From Deltaproteobacteria bacterium (GTDB lineage Bacteria; Desulfobacterota_D; UBA1144; Nemesobacterales; CSP1-2), in assembly GCA_052390235.1 (NCBI GenBank), contig JBQTHB010000001.1:1-64000 (forward strand): DNA of 64,000 nucleotides, written 5' to 3'. Under the pieces are notes generated by a model. That model worked only from the letters and a program-made list of their open reading frames with translations. It was not told where the DNA came from and ran no database searches. The position numbers were made by a program, and so were the translations under genes. Shown here one piece after another: positions 40,570-49,844 of this stretch. Positions within the stretch are counted from its first letter, which is position 1; every line of letters begins with the position of its first letter.

Positions 40570-43443
40570 TCAAAGGGAGAGAATACGCTTTCCGCAGTCA
40601 TAGACGGTTATGGGACCATCCTGAGAGACGGTAATGGCGAGGCACTTCGTCTCCGCGCTCGTCTTGGCGGCGCTACTGTGGCGTGAGCCTTTTCCAAGCC
40701 CGATTTCGGCAGTGGTATCGGCTCTGGGTCGCAGGAGAACCATACAACTGGCGAGCCTGCCGCTTTCGATGTCAATTACTGTCGCGCCGTCCTGCTTGGC
40801 GAAATTTATAATCTCCCCGTCGGATAGTCGCTTAAGGTCGGCGTTTATAATGGCGGCGAAGGCGTTGATTTCCGGCGGGTCTGAACGCTCTAAAATTGCC
40901 TCCGCCGAGCCAAGTAGGAAAATCGCCCCCAAATTAGCCTCCGACATCCGAAAAGCGCATCTAAAAACCCTCTGAATAGCGTTCAGGTCATAGCGCTTAT
41001 CCACGGCAAGCTGAGCCACTGTCTCGTCCACGCGCGGGATGCTCTCCGAAGACCAGTTGCCGTTTGAATAACGCCCTACCATCAGCCCGTCGGCAAACAC
41101 GCGCGCCTGCCTTCCGCCCGGCGGAACGAAAAACACCACGGCGTTGCATTCCCTCGAAATTGCGGCATGGCGGCGGAACTGAGGGCTTAGAATGAAACTC
41201 TCATGCTCCCGCAGCGGGACTTCGAGCTTATGCACGCGGCGGACAAATCCGTGTTTATCCACTCCGTAGCCCAAAACGAGTCCGTCAACCATTTTGGCGA
41301 GGTTTATGACGACGTGTTGCATTCGGCGGATATGGTCATAGCGCTGAAGCTCGATTTCACTCACCGGCAGAACGCGCGCTATTTGAGCCGGGTCGCCTAC
41401 GATAATCGCCGTTGAGAGGGGTTTTTCCTCGCTCTGCATCTGGGCGATGGAGGCGACTGTCTCGCAGATATGCACCATCGAGGGGGCGTCAATCTGCTTC
41501 GAGCGCGCAAGGTCGAATAGAAACTCAATTCCGGCATCCTTCATCCAAGCGTCGAGGATGTCCTGCTTCTCTAGCAGTTCGCGCAGCTGCTCCGGCGGCA
41601 GATGCACCTGGGTTGCGGCGCGCTCCTCGATGTGCGGAATATTCGGGTACATGGAATTTATTTCGGCGACGTAGCGAAGGGCTAGGGCTTGGCGGCTCAT
41701 CTTCTGAGAGGGGTTTATTTCTCCGTATTCATCGTAGAGCGTTTCAACGAGAGTGTATGCCTCCACTCTCTCCCAGAGACTGAGCTTGGCGTTTACCGCG
41801 GCGACGGCGCCGTCCACGAGAGCCTTCAGCGCGGGATGATTTATACCGATAACTGGCGTATCTTCGCTCCCTGCGGCGATGCCCGGATTTGCCTCGAGAG
41901 CCGCCCCCGCCGCGGCGAGGTCAGGGGCTATCAGAGCCGATATATAGGGCATTCCCTCGCCGAAAACCATTGCCTGCGATATAAGCGGCTCGGATGCGAG
42001 GGCGTTTTCAATCTTTGAGGGGATGATTTTATTCCCTCTGGAGAGAATAATGAGCGAGTGCTTATGCCCGATAATGTAGAGAAATCCGTCCGAGTCGAAT
42101 CGCCCCAAATCCCCTGTGTGAAGCCATCGGTCAGAGTCCAGCACTTGGCGAATGTCCTCAGGCTCTGCCCAGTAGCTCTGCGTAACGGTCTCTCCCCTGA
42201 CCAAAACCTCGCCATCGTCGGCGATGCGGATTTGAAAGCCGGAGGCGACCTGCCCGCACGAGCCGAGCCTCGTTGCCGCCGGATGGCTCACTGCGGGAAA
42301 CCCGCCGGATTCAATCGTGCCATAGACGTTAAGCGGGACTAAGCCAATGGAGTCGGCGAATTCAAATAAATCCTGCGGGAGCGGCGCCCCTCCGGCATAA
42401 ATACGGGATAGCCTTCCGCCGAGCATCGAGCGAATGGGATGGAAAAATGTCATATCGGCGCGGCTGAAGCGCTCTCTGAGCGGCTCGTCTGCGCCAAGGC
42501 CCGCCGCTCTGAACTCCTTTCCCGTGGCGAGCGCCCACTGAAACATCTTCCTTCGGGATTCGGGCAGTTTCGCAACCTCGCTCATGACTCTGCCGTGAAT
42601 GTAGTCAAATCCGTAGGGAATTGACATGACGACTGTCGGGCTAACCTCTTGGAGATTGTCAAAGGACTTATCGAGGCTCTCGGCGAGGGCGTTGGCAGTG
42701 CCGCAGACAAAGTAGTGAAATGTCGCAACGAGGCTCGTGATATAGCTCCAGTTCACAAGCGTAAAAGCGAGGTCGCCTCCACCTAGGATGAACCATTCGG
42801 CTATGTGCCGGAGGCTCAGGAAACTCTGGCGGTGATTAAAAACAACGCCCCGGATTTTGCCAGTCTCCTTAACCGCATAGACTATAAACGATGGAGAATC
42901 CGGCGAGACGGACTCTGCCGCCGCTCTCAGGGACGATTCGCGCTTTTTTGAAACAGGGGCGGCGGCGCAGATGGCGCAAATCGCCACTATAGAGAAATTA
43001 TCCAGCGTAGCCGCTCCCTCCGCGTCCCCATCTACCGTTAATACGAGCTTCAGATTACCCAAAGCCGCCTCCCGAAGCGCGGGTATCTGCTCCTGCCCTC
43101 CCACCAAAACCGCTGATGCGCCCGAATGCCCTAGAGAGTATTGAATCACCTCTTTGGGGAGGTGCGGGTTAAGCGGCACGACTACTAGCCCGCTCATCAG
43201 GCAGGCGACGCAGGTCATCATCCATTCAGGAGAGTTCTCGGCGATAATCGCGACCCTCTCGCCGGAGGTTAGCCCACGCCCGCTTTGGAGGAAATCCGCG
43301 ATGCGGAACACCCCATCTTTAAAATCCCGATAGAGCAAATCCTGATAGCGTCCGCCTCGCTTAACCTTGAGACACGCGACATCCCGAAATTCGCCCATAG
43401 CGTCGAGCAAGTACTGATTTATGTTCTTGGATTTCCCTTTCAT
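40570..43443 (-). CDS. Fusion: long-chain acyl-CoA synthetase-like AMP-binding domain + tandem diadenylate cyclase (DAC/DisA_N) domains
   Basis: N-terminal about 600 aa with GGAPL, YGTIE, LHTGDLG, G..YISALIAPD; C-terminal AKQDGATVID and GSRHSSAA..ITVSQDGPITVY DAC motifs. Confidence 0.85.
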   Translation of the reverse strand: MKGKSKNINQYLLDAMGEFRDVACLKVKRGGRYQDLLYRDFKDGVFRIADFLQSGRGLTSGERVAIIAENSPEWMMTCVACLMSGLVVVPLNPHLPKEVIQYSLGHSGASAVLVGGQEQIPALREAALGNLKLVLTVDGDAEGAATLDNFSIVAICAICAAAPVSKKRESSLRAAAESVSPDSPSFIVYAVKETGKIRGVVFNHRQSFLSLRHIAEWFILGGGDLAFTLVNWSYITSLVATFHYFVCGTANALAESLDKSFDNLQEVSPTVVMSIPYGFDYIHGRVMSEVAKLPESRRKMFQWALATGKEFRAAGLGADEPLRERFSRADMTFFHPIRSMLGGRLSRIYAGGAPLPQDLFEFADSIGLVPLNVYGTIESGGFPAVSHPAATRLGSCGQVASGFQIRIADDGEVLVRGETVTQSYWAEPEDIRQVLDSDRWLHTGDLGRFDSDGFLYIIGHKHSLIILSRGNKIIPSKIENALASEPLISQAMVFGEGMPYISALIAPDLAAAGAALEANPGIAAGSEDTPVIGINHPALKALVDGAVAAVNAKLSLWERVEAYTLVETLYDEYGEINPSQKMSRQALALRYVAEINSMYPNIPHIEERAATQVHLPPEQLRELLEKQDILDAWMKDAGIEFLFDLARSKQIDAPSMVHICETVASIAQMQSEEKPLSTAIIVGDPAQIARVLPVSEIELQRYDHIRRMQHVVINLAKMVDGLVLGYGVDKHGFVRRVHKLEVPLREHESFILSPQFRRHAAISRECNAVVFFVPPGGRQARVFADGLMVGRYSNGNWSSESIPRVDETVAQLAVDKRYDLNAIQRVFRCAFRMSEANLGAIFLLGSAEAILERSDPPEINAFAAIINADLKRLSDGEIINFAKQDGATVIDIESGRLASCMVLLRPRADTTAEIGLGKGSRHSSAAKTSAETKCLAITVSQDGPITVYDCGKRILSL

Positions 43444-43665
43444 ATACTAGGCACCGCTTTTTCAGCAAATGTCATAACGCAGGGCGCGCTTTATCTCGCA
43501 ACCCGTCGGAATTACAGAACCTTTTCCCGGACATTATATCACGGAGGCTGGGAATTAACTATTGCCCTTAGCGGGAACTTATCGCTCGGGTAAATCCCTG
43601 TCCATAATGGGGAGAATCCTTTTCACATCCGAGTTAATCAAAAGAAATCAAGGAGGGCATCGCAA

Positions 43666-44103
43666 ATGCTTCAGAAAATAATGCAGACAGATAACGATTT
43701 CGGGGCAACCATTGCGCGAATCGTTTTAGGAGTGGTAATGCTCCCGCATGGGCTTCAGAAACTGCTGGGAATGTTCGGGGGATACGGGTTTTCGGCTACG
43801 GTGGATTTTTTCACGAGCGGCGGCATCCCTCTTGCCGTGGCGGTTTTGGTCATCGTAGGGGAGTCGTTCGGGGCTTTGGGCTTAATTATCGGACTGTTTG
43901 GCAGAGTGGCGGCGGCGGGGATTGCCATCATCATGGCGGGAGCAATTTTCACGGCGCACCTGGCAAATGGGTTTTTCATGAACTGGTTTGGGAATCAGCA
44001 GGGCGAGGGCTATGAGTATCACCTCCTCGCCATCGGGCTTGCGCTGGTAGTGGCGGTCAGAGGGAGCGGCGCGTTCTCGATAGACAGGGCGGTTTCAAAA
44101 TAA
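43666..44103 (+). CDS. DoxX family membrane protein
   Basis: RIVLG..HGLQKL.G.FGG.G, GFFMNW, GYEYHLL, GSGAFSID. Confidence 0.92.
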   Translation: MLQKIMQTDNDFGATIARIVLGVVMLPHGLQKLLGMFGGYGFSATVDFFTSGGIPLAVAVLVIVGESFGALGLIIGLFGRVAAAGIAIIMAGAIFTAHLANGFFMNWFGNQQGEGYEYHLLAIGLALVVAVRGSGAFSIDRAVSK

Positions 44104-44122
44104 AATAGGAGGAGAAGCGACG

Positions 44123-44473
44123 ATGAGCATCAGAGAAAATGTCGAGGATTTAAACGCGAAAATTCTGCGAGGAGAGATTCTCGAAGCCTTCGAGAAGCAC
44201 TACGCCGACGATGTGGTGATGCAGGAGAATGAACTCCCGCCTACGGTGGGCAAGGACGCTAATCGGGAGCGCGAGCGGGAATTTCTCGCCAATATAGTCG
44301 AATTCCGGGGGGCTGAAGTGAAATCCGTAGCCATTGGGGAGGGCATCGCCATGATAGAGTGGTTTTTCGACTATACCCACAGGCAGTGGGGCAAAAAGAC
44401 ATATCATCAGGTGGCGGCGCAGAGGTGGAAAGACGGCAAAATCGTCCACGAGAGGTTTTACTACGGCTCATAA
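44123..44473 (+). CDS. SnoaL-like/NTF2-fold protein
   Basis: YADDVVMQEN..GK.ANRERE, QRWKDGKIVHERFYY. Confidence 0.85.
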   Translation: MSIRENVEDLNAKILRGEILEAFEKHYADDVVMQENELPPTVGKDANREREREFLANIVEFRGAEVKSVAIGEGIAMIEWFFDYTHRQWGKKTYHQVAAQRWKDGKIVHERFYYGS

Positions 44474-44503
44474 TAAAACCCGCATTAGCCGCTAAGGGGT
44501 TTA

Positions 44504-45394
44504 TCATGCCCCGCGGAATTTCTTCCAATAGCGCACTAGCCCCATGACGTTCATCCAATAGGGGTCGGCGAGGTCATAGGCCCGCACTACTTTGGGGTCG
44601 GAAACGTTATTTCTCTGTAGGATGGATTCAGTAAATTTCTCAAACCCCGCCGAAATCTCCTCTTCGGATTTTCCGGCTTTGAGCTGCGCCCCTATCCAAT
44701 CCGAGCTTTCAAGGAGGCCGGCTTCAAGCTCGGCGAGATGCTCCGCTATATTATGAAACGTCCCGAAGTGGGTGAGATGGAGCGCCGAGGGTTTTAACGC
44801 CAAGATTTTGCGTATCGTCTCCTGCCACGCCTCGATGTTTATATCAGGCGGAGGCGTCGGCGGAAGCACGGGGCCATTTGCCACTTTCATCCCCGCCGCG
44901 TCCCCCGTGAACATCGCTCCGTCCATCATGAATGCGTGGTGATGCGATGCGTGTCCAAGGGTCTCGACGGCTTGGATTTCGACGCCGCCTATTGTTATCC
45001 TCTCGCCGTCGGCAATGGGGTGGATAAGCTCCTTTGCGATGGGTTTTAGCGTCCCCCACAGCTCGTCCATTTTATCCTTGTAAATGAGAGCCGCCGAGGC
45101 GAGGAGTTTCGTCGGGTCGGCGAGGTGTTTCGCCCCATTCGGATGCACATAGACTTTCGCCCCCTCTTCGGCGAAGCGCCATGAAGAGCCTGCGTGGTCG
45201 AGGTGAATGTGGGTTACGAAAACGTGTCGAATATCGGCAGGGGCGTATCCCAAATCCCCAAGAGCGCGCTTTAAAGCGGGAAAAGTGCTATCGGGACCGG
45301 TCTCGACGATGATGGGACCCTCGGAGGTTTCTATCAGATAGGACGCGATAACGCTGGGGCTAAAGAAATTGGTGTCAATTGTGTGGATTTTCAT
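44504..45394 (-). CDS. MBL-fold metallo-hydrolase
   Basis: THIHLDHAG, GHASHH, FTGDAAG, THFG. Confidence 0.92.
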   Translation of the reverse strand: MKIHTIDTNFFSPSVIASYLIETSEGPIIVETGPDSTFPALKRALGDLGYAPADIRHVFVTHIHLDHAGSSWRFAEEGAKVYVHPNGAKHLADPTKLLASAALIYKDKMDELWGTLKPIAKELIHPIADGERITIGGVEIQAVETLGHASHHHAFMMDGAMFTGDAAGMKVANGPVLPPTPPPDINIEAWQETIRKILALKPSALHLTHFGTFHNIAEHLAELEAGLLESSDWIGAQLKAGKSEEEISAGFEKFTESILQRNNVSDPKVVRAYDLADPYWMNVMGLVRYWKKFRGA

Positions 45395-45502
45395 TTTTTG
45401 GGGCGCTTCCTTGATTTGGAATTAAAATTCGCAGGGTTATTTTACCTGAGATTGGATTTATGGAAATAGATATTTATTAGACGCGCCGCGGTTGTATCCG
45501 CA

Positions 45503-46270
45503 TCACTCTGCCATCACGCCCCCATCCAGCGTGAATATCGCCCCCGTAGTCCACGCCGAATCATCTGAGGCGAGAAAGAGTATCGCCCGCGCCGCTTCAG
45601 CCGGCTTTCCGTTTCTCCCAAGCGGGTGAAACGCCTCCCAGTTCTTCATCCTTTGGGCAATCTCCTCCTTGGGAATTCCGAGCGTCTCGAATATCTCGGT
45701 CTCGACGACGGCAGGGCAGATGCAATTGACCCTGATATTGTCCGGCGCAAGCTCAAGGGCAAGGGTCTTGGTGAGCATGACGACCCCTCCTTTCGAGGCG
45801 GCATAGACAGTTACGGCGGATTTCCTGATGCCCTTTAGCCCAAGCGTGCTACCGACGTTGACTATCGCCCCTCCGCCCCTAGCCCTCATCACGGGGACTG
45901 CGCTCTTGCTCATGAAGTAAGTCCCCTTGAGATTCGTATTGATGATTCTATCGAACTCACCCTCCGCCACGTCCGTGATTTTCATCCCCCTGAAAACCCC
46001 TGCGTTATTGATGAGAATATCTAGCCCGCCAAAAACGCGGACGCACTCGGCTACGATTTTCTCGGTATCGGCGACGGATGAAACGTCCCCGGCGATGTAG
46101 CGCGCCCTGCCGCCTACCCTTTCAATTTCCGAGGCAACCTCGCGTAGCTTCTCCTCGCGCCGCCCGGTTATTAAGACAGCCGCCCCTTCAGCCGCCAAAA
46201 GAGCCGCCGTAGCCCTGCCAATGCCCGTGCCGCCCCCGGTAACTAGGGCGATTTTTCCTACGAATCTCAT
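45503..46270 (-). CDS. Short-chain dehydrogenase/reductase
   Basis: TGGGTGIG, NNAG, YAASK, IRVNCICP. Confidence 0.93.
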   Translation of the reverse strand: MRFVGKIALVTGGGTGIGRATAALLAAEGAAVLITGRREEKLREVASEIERVGGRARYIAGDVSSVADTEKIVAECVRVFGGLDILINNAGVFRGMKITDVAEGEFDRIINTNLKGTYFMSKSAVPVMRARGGGAIVNVGSTLGLKGIRKSAVTVYAASKGGVVMLTKTLALELAPDNIRVNCICPAVVETEIFETLGIPKEEIAQRMKNWEAFHPLGRNGKPAEAARAILFLASDDSAWTTGAIFTLDGGVMAE

Positions 46271-46410
46271 TTAGAATCACCTCGCAGAGAGGATTTACCC
46301 GCCGCCCGCGGATTTTACACTCCGAGGGACAGGGGGGTTTGGGGTTTTATTTTACACACTGGAGGGGTTATTAAGCAAAGAGAGGAGATTTCATTACTCA
46401 GCTATTGCGC

Positions 46411-46450
46411 CTCACGCAGGAGGGGGGACCTCGCCCCCTCTCCCGCTGAG
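46411..46450. terminator. GC-rich hairpin after alpha/beta hydrolase
   Basis: CTCACGCAGGAGGGGG-ACCTCG-CCCCCTCTCCCGCTGAG imperfect stem; no clear U-tract. Confidence 0.35.
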
Positions 46451-46463
46451 CCAAGCAGGGGAA

Positions 46464-47273
46464 TTACCCTATGTGTTTTTTGAGGAAATTGAGGGTTAAG
46501 TCGTTGAATTCTTGGGTTTTTTCATAGAGCGGCGCATGGGCGCATCCCTTGAAAATATGGAGCTCCGAATTCTTGATGCCGCTTTTCATCTTATCGGCAA
46601 AGCGGCTTACCGGGGTAATCATATCAACCTCGCCGAAGGTCAGAAGCGTCGGGGCAGTGATAGCGCCGAGCTTGCCCTCGATGTCGTGCGAGAGGACGGC
46701 GTCGCACTGTCCAAGGAATCCGGCAACGGTCTGAGCGGGTCTGCTCTTTACGAAATCCACAAGCCCCATGATGTGCGCCGGGTTCGTGGCGAATAGGTCG
46801 GGCGTGAGACACCACGTAAAAATGTAGCCTATTGCCGTGTCAACCACGCTCTGCTTCACGCGCGCGGTCTCTGTCCAGCCATTTACGAGAATATTCATAA
46901 ATAGCTCGGTCTTCGTCCAGCCGCTGTGGGCGGAAAGGGATTTTGCCCTGTCGGGATATTTCGCGCCGAAGGCAAGAGTGGTCGCCGCTCCGAGGGATAG
47001 CCCGGCGATGTGGGCTTTTTGGAGTCCGACGGCATCCATAAATGCGGCGACGTCATCGGCATACTGTTCGGTGGAGTACGGTCCCCAAGGGGCGCAGCTC
47101 AGCCCCGCGCCGCGAGGGTCTATCGAATACACCGTGAAGTGCTTTGAATAGTCCCCGAACTGAAACGCGTAGCAGGCGTTGTCCGCGGTGAGAAAGGGAA
47201 TCATGACGAGAGGCTCGCCGCTTCCCATTACTTCGTAATTAATGTCAATACCGTTTGCACGAACTTTAGGCAT
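46464..47273 (-). CDS. Alpha/beta-fold hydrolase
   Basis: DPRGAGLS, GLSLG nucleophile elbow, GEVD, HAP; SD AAGGAGG. Confidence 0.9.
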   Translation of the reverse strand: MPKVRANGIDINYEVMGSGEPLVMIPFLTADNACYAFQFGDYSKHFTVYSIDPRGAGLSCAPWGPYSTEQYADDVAAFMDAVGLQKAHIAGLSLGAATTLAFGAKYPDRAKSLSAHSGWTKTELFMNILVNGWTETARVKQSVVDTAIGYIFTWCLTPDLFATNPAHIMGLVDFVKSRPAQTVAGFLGQCDAVLSHDIEGKLGAITAPTLLTFGEVDMITPVSRFADKMKSGIKNSELHIFKGCAHAPLYEKTQEFNDLTLNFLKKHIG

Positions 47274-47566
47274 ATAATTGCCCTCCTTGTAATGTGTGTG
47301 TTTTTTATTGAGTCCCATCTCATAAAGCTGACGGCTTCATTTCATATAGAGTCGCCGGCAATACTGTGATTAGTGTGTTGGATGCCGAAATTCAAATTTA
47401 GATTCGCGGCTCTGCTATTTTTTAAGATGAAGCCCATCGGACATTTATCAAATGAGTGTAACCTGGTGGGATACGCAATCCGGGCCGAATCGGATTAACT
47501 TTTGATAGCATCTGAATAGATGCTATACTAGAGTGTTGCTTTTACCAAAAACATCGGGGAAGTCCC

Positions 47567-49339
47567 ATGCAAAACCTCAAATTCCCATTGCCAGCGGTCA
47601 TTATCGCCGCAGTCCTATTCGCCTCAGGAGCGTATCTTTCGGGATGCGCCCGAATCTCTCCGTCCATATCTGATAGGAGCGGGGGCGATGTCTCAAGCCC
47701 GCCGGAGGTTGACGGGATTCAATCTGAGCAGAAGCGCCGCCCCAATTTTCAAATCAGATACGAGGACATAAAAAAAACCATACAGGCGCGAATCGAGTCC
47801 GCCCCCAAGCGCCTCGCCGCGGGAGATAGCTATCTGCGCGCCCCGGAAATGCTAATTAATTTCTACAAAGGGCGCGCCTTCAGCCCTGCATGGATTGACG
47901 ATAGAGGGGCGCTTGAGCGCGCCGATAACCTAATAAAAATTATCGCCGATGCCGAGAATCACGGGCTCGTCCCCTCAGATTATCACGTCGAGGAGGTCAA
48001 AGCCGTCCTGCAGGAGGCGTACCGAAACCAGAGCGCGGAGATTTTTGCAGACATGGAGATGCTCCTGACCGACGCCTATCTGTTCTACGGGTCTCATCTC
48101 ATAAACGGACGGGTGAGGCCCGAAAAGGTTGACGGCAATTGGCTCGTGAGGCACAGAGAAGAGAATCCCGTTCAGGCGCTGAATTCCGCTCTGGAGTCAA
48201 ACGCCATCGAAGAGACGCTAAGCGGATTTATACCGCGGGAGTCCGGCTACAGGACGCTTCAAAAAACCCTGATTCGCTACAGGCAGATAGCCTCGGACGG
48301 CGGTTGGGCTAAGACGCCAAAGGGCGATAAGCTCTCGAAAGGACAGAGGGATATAAAGGTGTTCTTCCTGCGGGCAAGGCTACTTGCAAGCGCAGACCTC
48401 ATTGCCCCCGGCTCCGGAGGGGATTCCGATTTATTCGACGACGCTCTGGAAGCCGCGCTCATGAATTTCCAGAAGCGGCACGGGCTTAGGGTTGACGGCA
48501 TACTGGGGGACGGGACGGTTGACGCCCTAAACGTTCCCGTGGAGAAGCGCATCGAGCAGATAGCCATAAATATGGAGCGGTGGAGGTGGCTTCCCCCGAC
48601 TCTCGGCGAGCGCTATGTGCTTGTCAATATTGCCAATTATGAACTGTATGCGGTTGAAAATAGGGAAATAGTTCTGAGTATGCGCGTAGTAGTCGGCAAA
48701 CCCTATTGGGACACGCCTGTGTTTGGCAGCAAGATGACACATATTGTGCTGAACCCGACTTGGGGGATACCCGATAAAATATTCGCCGATGAGATTCTGC
48801 CAAAAATCCAGAAGAACCCAAACTTCATTGCGAGGGATAATATTAAAATTTTCGAGGATAAAAGCGGAATTTCTACTGAAATTGACCCCTCGACGGTTGA
48901 CTGGGCTTCGGTGTCCAAGGGCGGCTTTAAATACAGGCTACGCCAAGAGCCGGGGCCCCGGAACCCGCTCGGCCAAATTAAATTCATATTCCCAAACCGC
49001 TTCGATGTGTATCTCCACGATACCACTTCAAAACACCTATTCGAGAGACGGGAGCGCAACTTCAGCCACGGGTGCATCAGGCTTGAAAAACCCTTTGACC
49101 TTGCTGAATACATACTCGGAGGGGATTCGGGCTGGACGGCTAAAAAAATTAAGTCTGCCGTGGGAAGCGAGCAACCTCGGAGCATCAGGCTTGCAAACCC
49201 TATACCTATTTATCTACTCTACTTCACCGCTTGGGTTGACGCGAATGGGAACGTTGAATTCCGCGAAGACATATATGGAAGGGATAAACCCCTCGGCAAA
49301 GCCCTTGCCGAAATCAAGGATAAAATCCCTTCGGCATGA
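47567..49339 (+). CDS. L,D-transpeptidase, YcbB/LdtD-like, with peptidoglycan-binding domain
   Basis: FQKRHGL.VDG, NMERWRW, NPLGQIKFIFPN, YLHDT, SHGCIR. Confidence 0.93.
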   Translation: MQNLKFPLPAVIIAAVLFASGAYLSGCARISPSISDRSGGDVSSPPEVDGIQSEQKRRPNFQIRYEDIKKTIQARIESAPKRLAAGDSYLRAPEMLINFYKGRAFSPAWIDDRGALERADNLIKIIADAENHGLVPSDYHVEEVKAVLQEAYRNQSAEIFADMEMLLTDAYLFYGSHLINGRVRPEKVDGNWLVRHREENPVQALNSALESNAIEETLSGFIPRESGYRTLQKTLIRYRQIASDGGWAKTPKGDKLSKGQRDIKVFFLRARLLASADLIAPGSGGDSDLFDDALEAALMNFQKRHGLRVDGILGDGTVDALNVPVEKRIEQIAINMERWRWLPPTLGERYVLVNIANYELYAVENREIVLSMRVVVGKPYWDTPVFGSKMTHIVLNPTWGIPDKIFADEILPKIQKNPNFIARDNIKIFEDKSGISTEIDPSTVDWASVSKGGFKYRLRQEPGPRNPLGQIKFIFPNRFDVYLHDTTSKHLFERRERNFSHGCIRLEKPFDLAEYILGGDSGWTAKKIKSAVGSEQPRSIRLANPIPIYLLYFTAWVDANGNVEFREDIYGRDKPLGKALAEIKDKIPSA

Positions 49340-49403
49340 ACCCGATAAACCGGATCTTACGCTCAATAATTGGGATATCTGCGGGGATTTCCTGTGGAAT
49401 TTG

Positions 49404-49490
49404 TGGTGCCGAAGGCGGGAGTCGAACCCGCACGCCCTTACGGGCACTGCCCCCTCAAGACAGCGCGTCTCCCAGTTCCGCCACTTCGGC
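49404..49490 (-). tRNA. tRNA-Leu(GAG)
   Basis: GCCGAAGTGGCGGAACTGGGAGACGCGCTGTCTTGAGGGGGCAGTGCCCGTAAGGGCGTGCGGGTTCGACTCCCGCCTTCGGCACCA. Confidence 0.96.
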
Positions 49491-49629
49491 AATCACGCTT
49501 GAGGTCTGATTAAATTATCACAAGAAACCCAAAATGCAATACCGGATACGTAAAAATATTGCGGCTAGCGATTCAGCCCACTTGCCCCGCTCTATTAGAA
49601 TGACACTCCAAACCGAGTGGATACTCGTA

Positions 49630-49765
49630 TGTCATTCTCACGAAAGTGGGAATCCGCAGTTCGCACCGCCTCCCTTCCGCCCCTTCGACGTAGTTTATAG
49701 TGAGCGGAGTCGAACTACTCAGGGTGAAGAGGAATTGGATTCCCGCTCAGACTGAGGGAATGACA
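49630..49765. repeat. Family A element, full-length copy
   Basis: TGTCATTCTCACGAAAGTGGGAATCC...CTTCGACGTAGTTTATAGTGAGCGGAGTCGAACTACTCAGG...GGATTCCCGCTCAGACTGAGGGAATGACA. Confidence 0.88.
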
Positions 49766-49798
49766 ACCTCTCGCCCATCCACTCCGCATCGCGTATCT

Positions 49799-49827
49799 TT
49801 GACTGATTCGGCGGTTTTATGTAGAAT
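49799..49827 (+). promoter_or_regulatory. Putative sigma70 promoter of mutL
   Basis: TTGACT-17 bp-TAGAAT. Confidence 0.55.
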
Positions 49828-49844
49828 GGGCTTTGAGCGCGCTC

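Noticed and set aside
39195..49490. Genomic island integrated at tRNA-Leu
   Set aside because: No integrase, and I found no duplicate of the tRNA 3' end; the adjacent gene is a housekeeping-type L,D-transpeptidase
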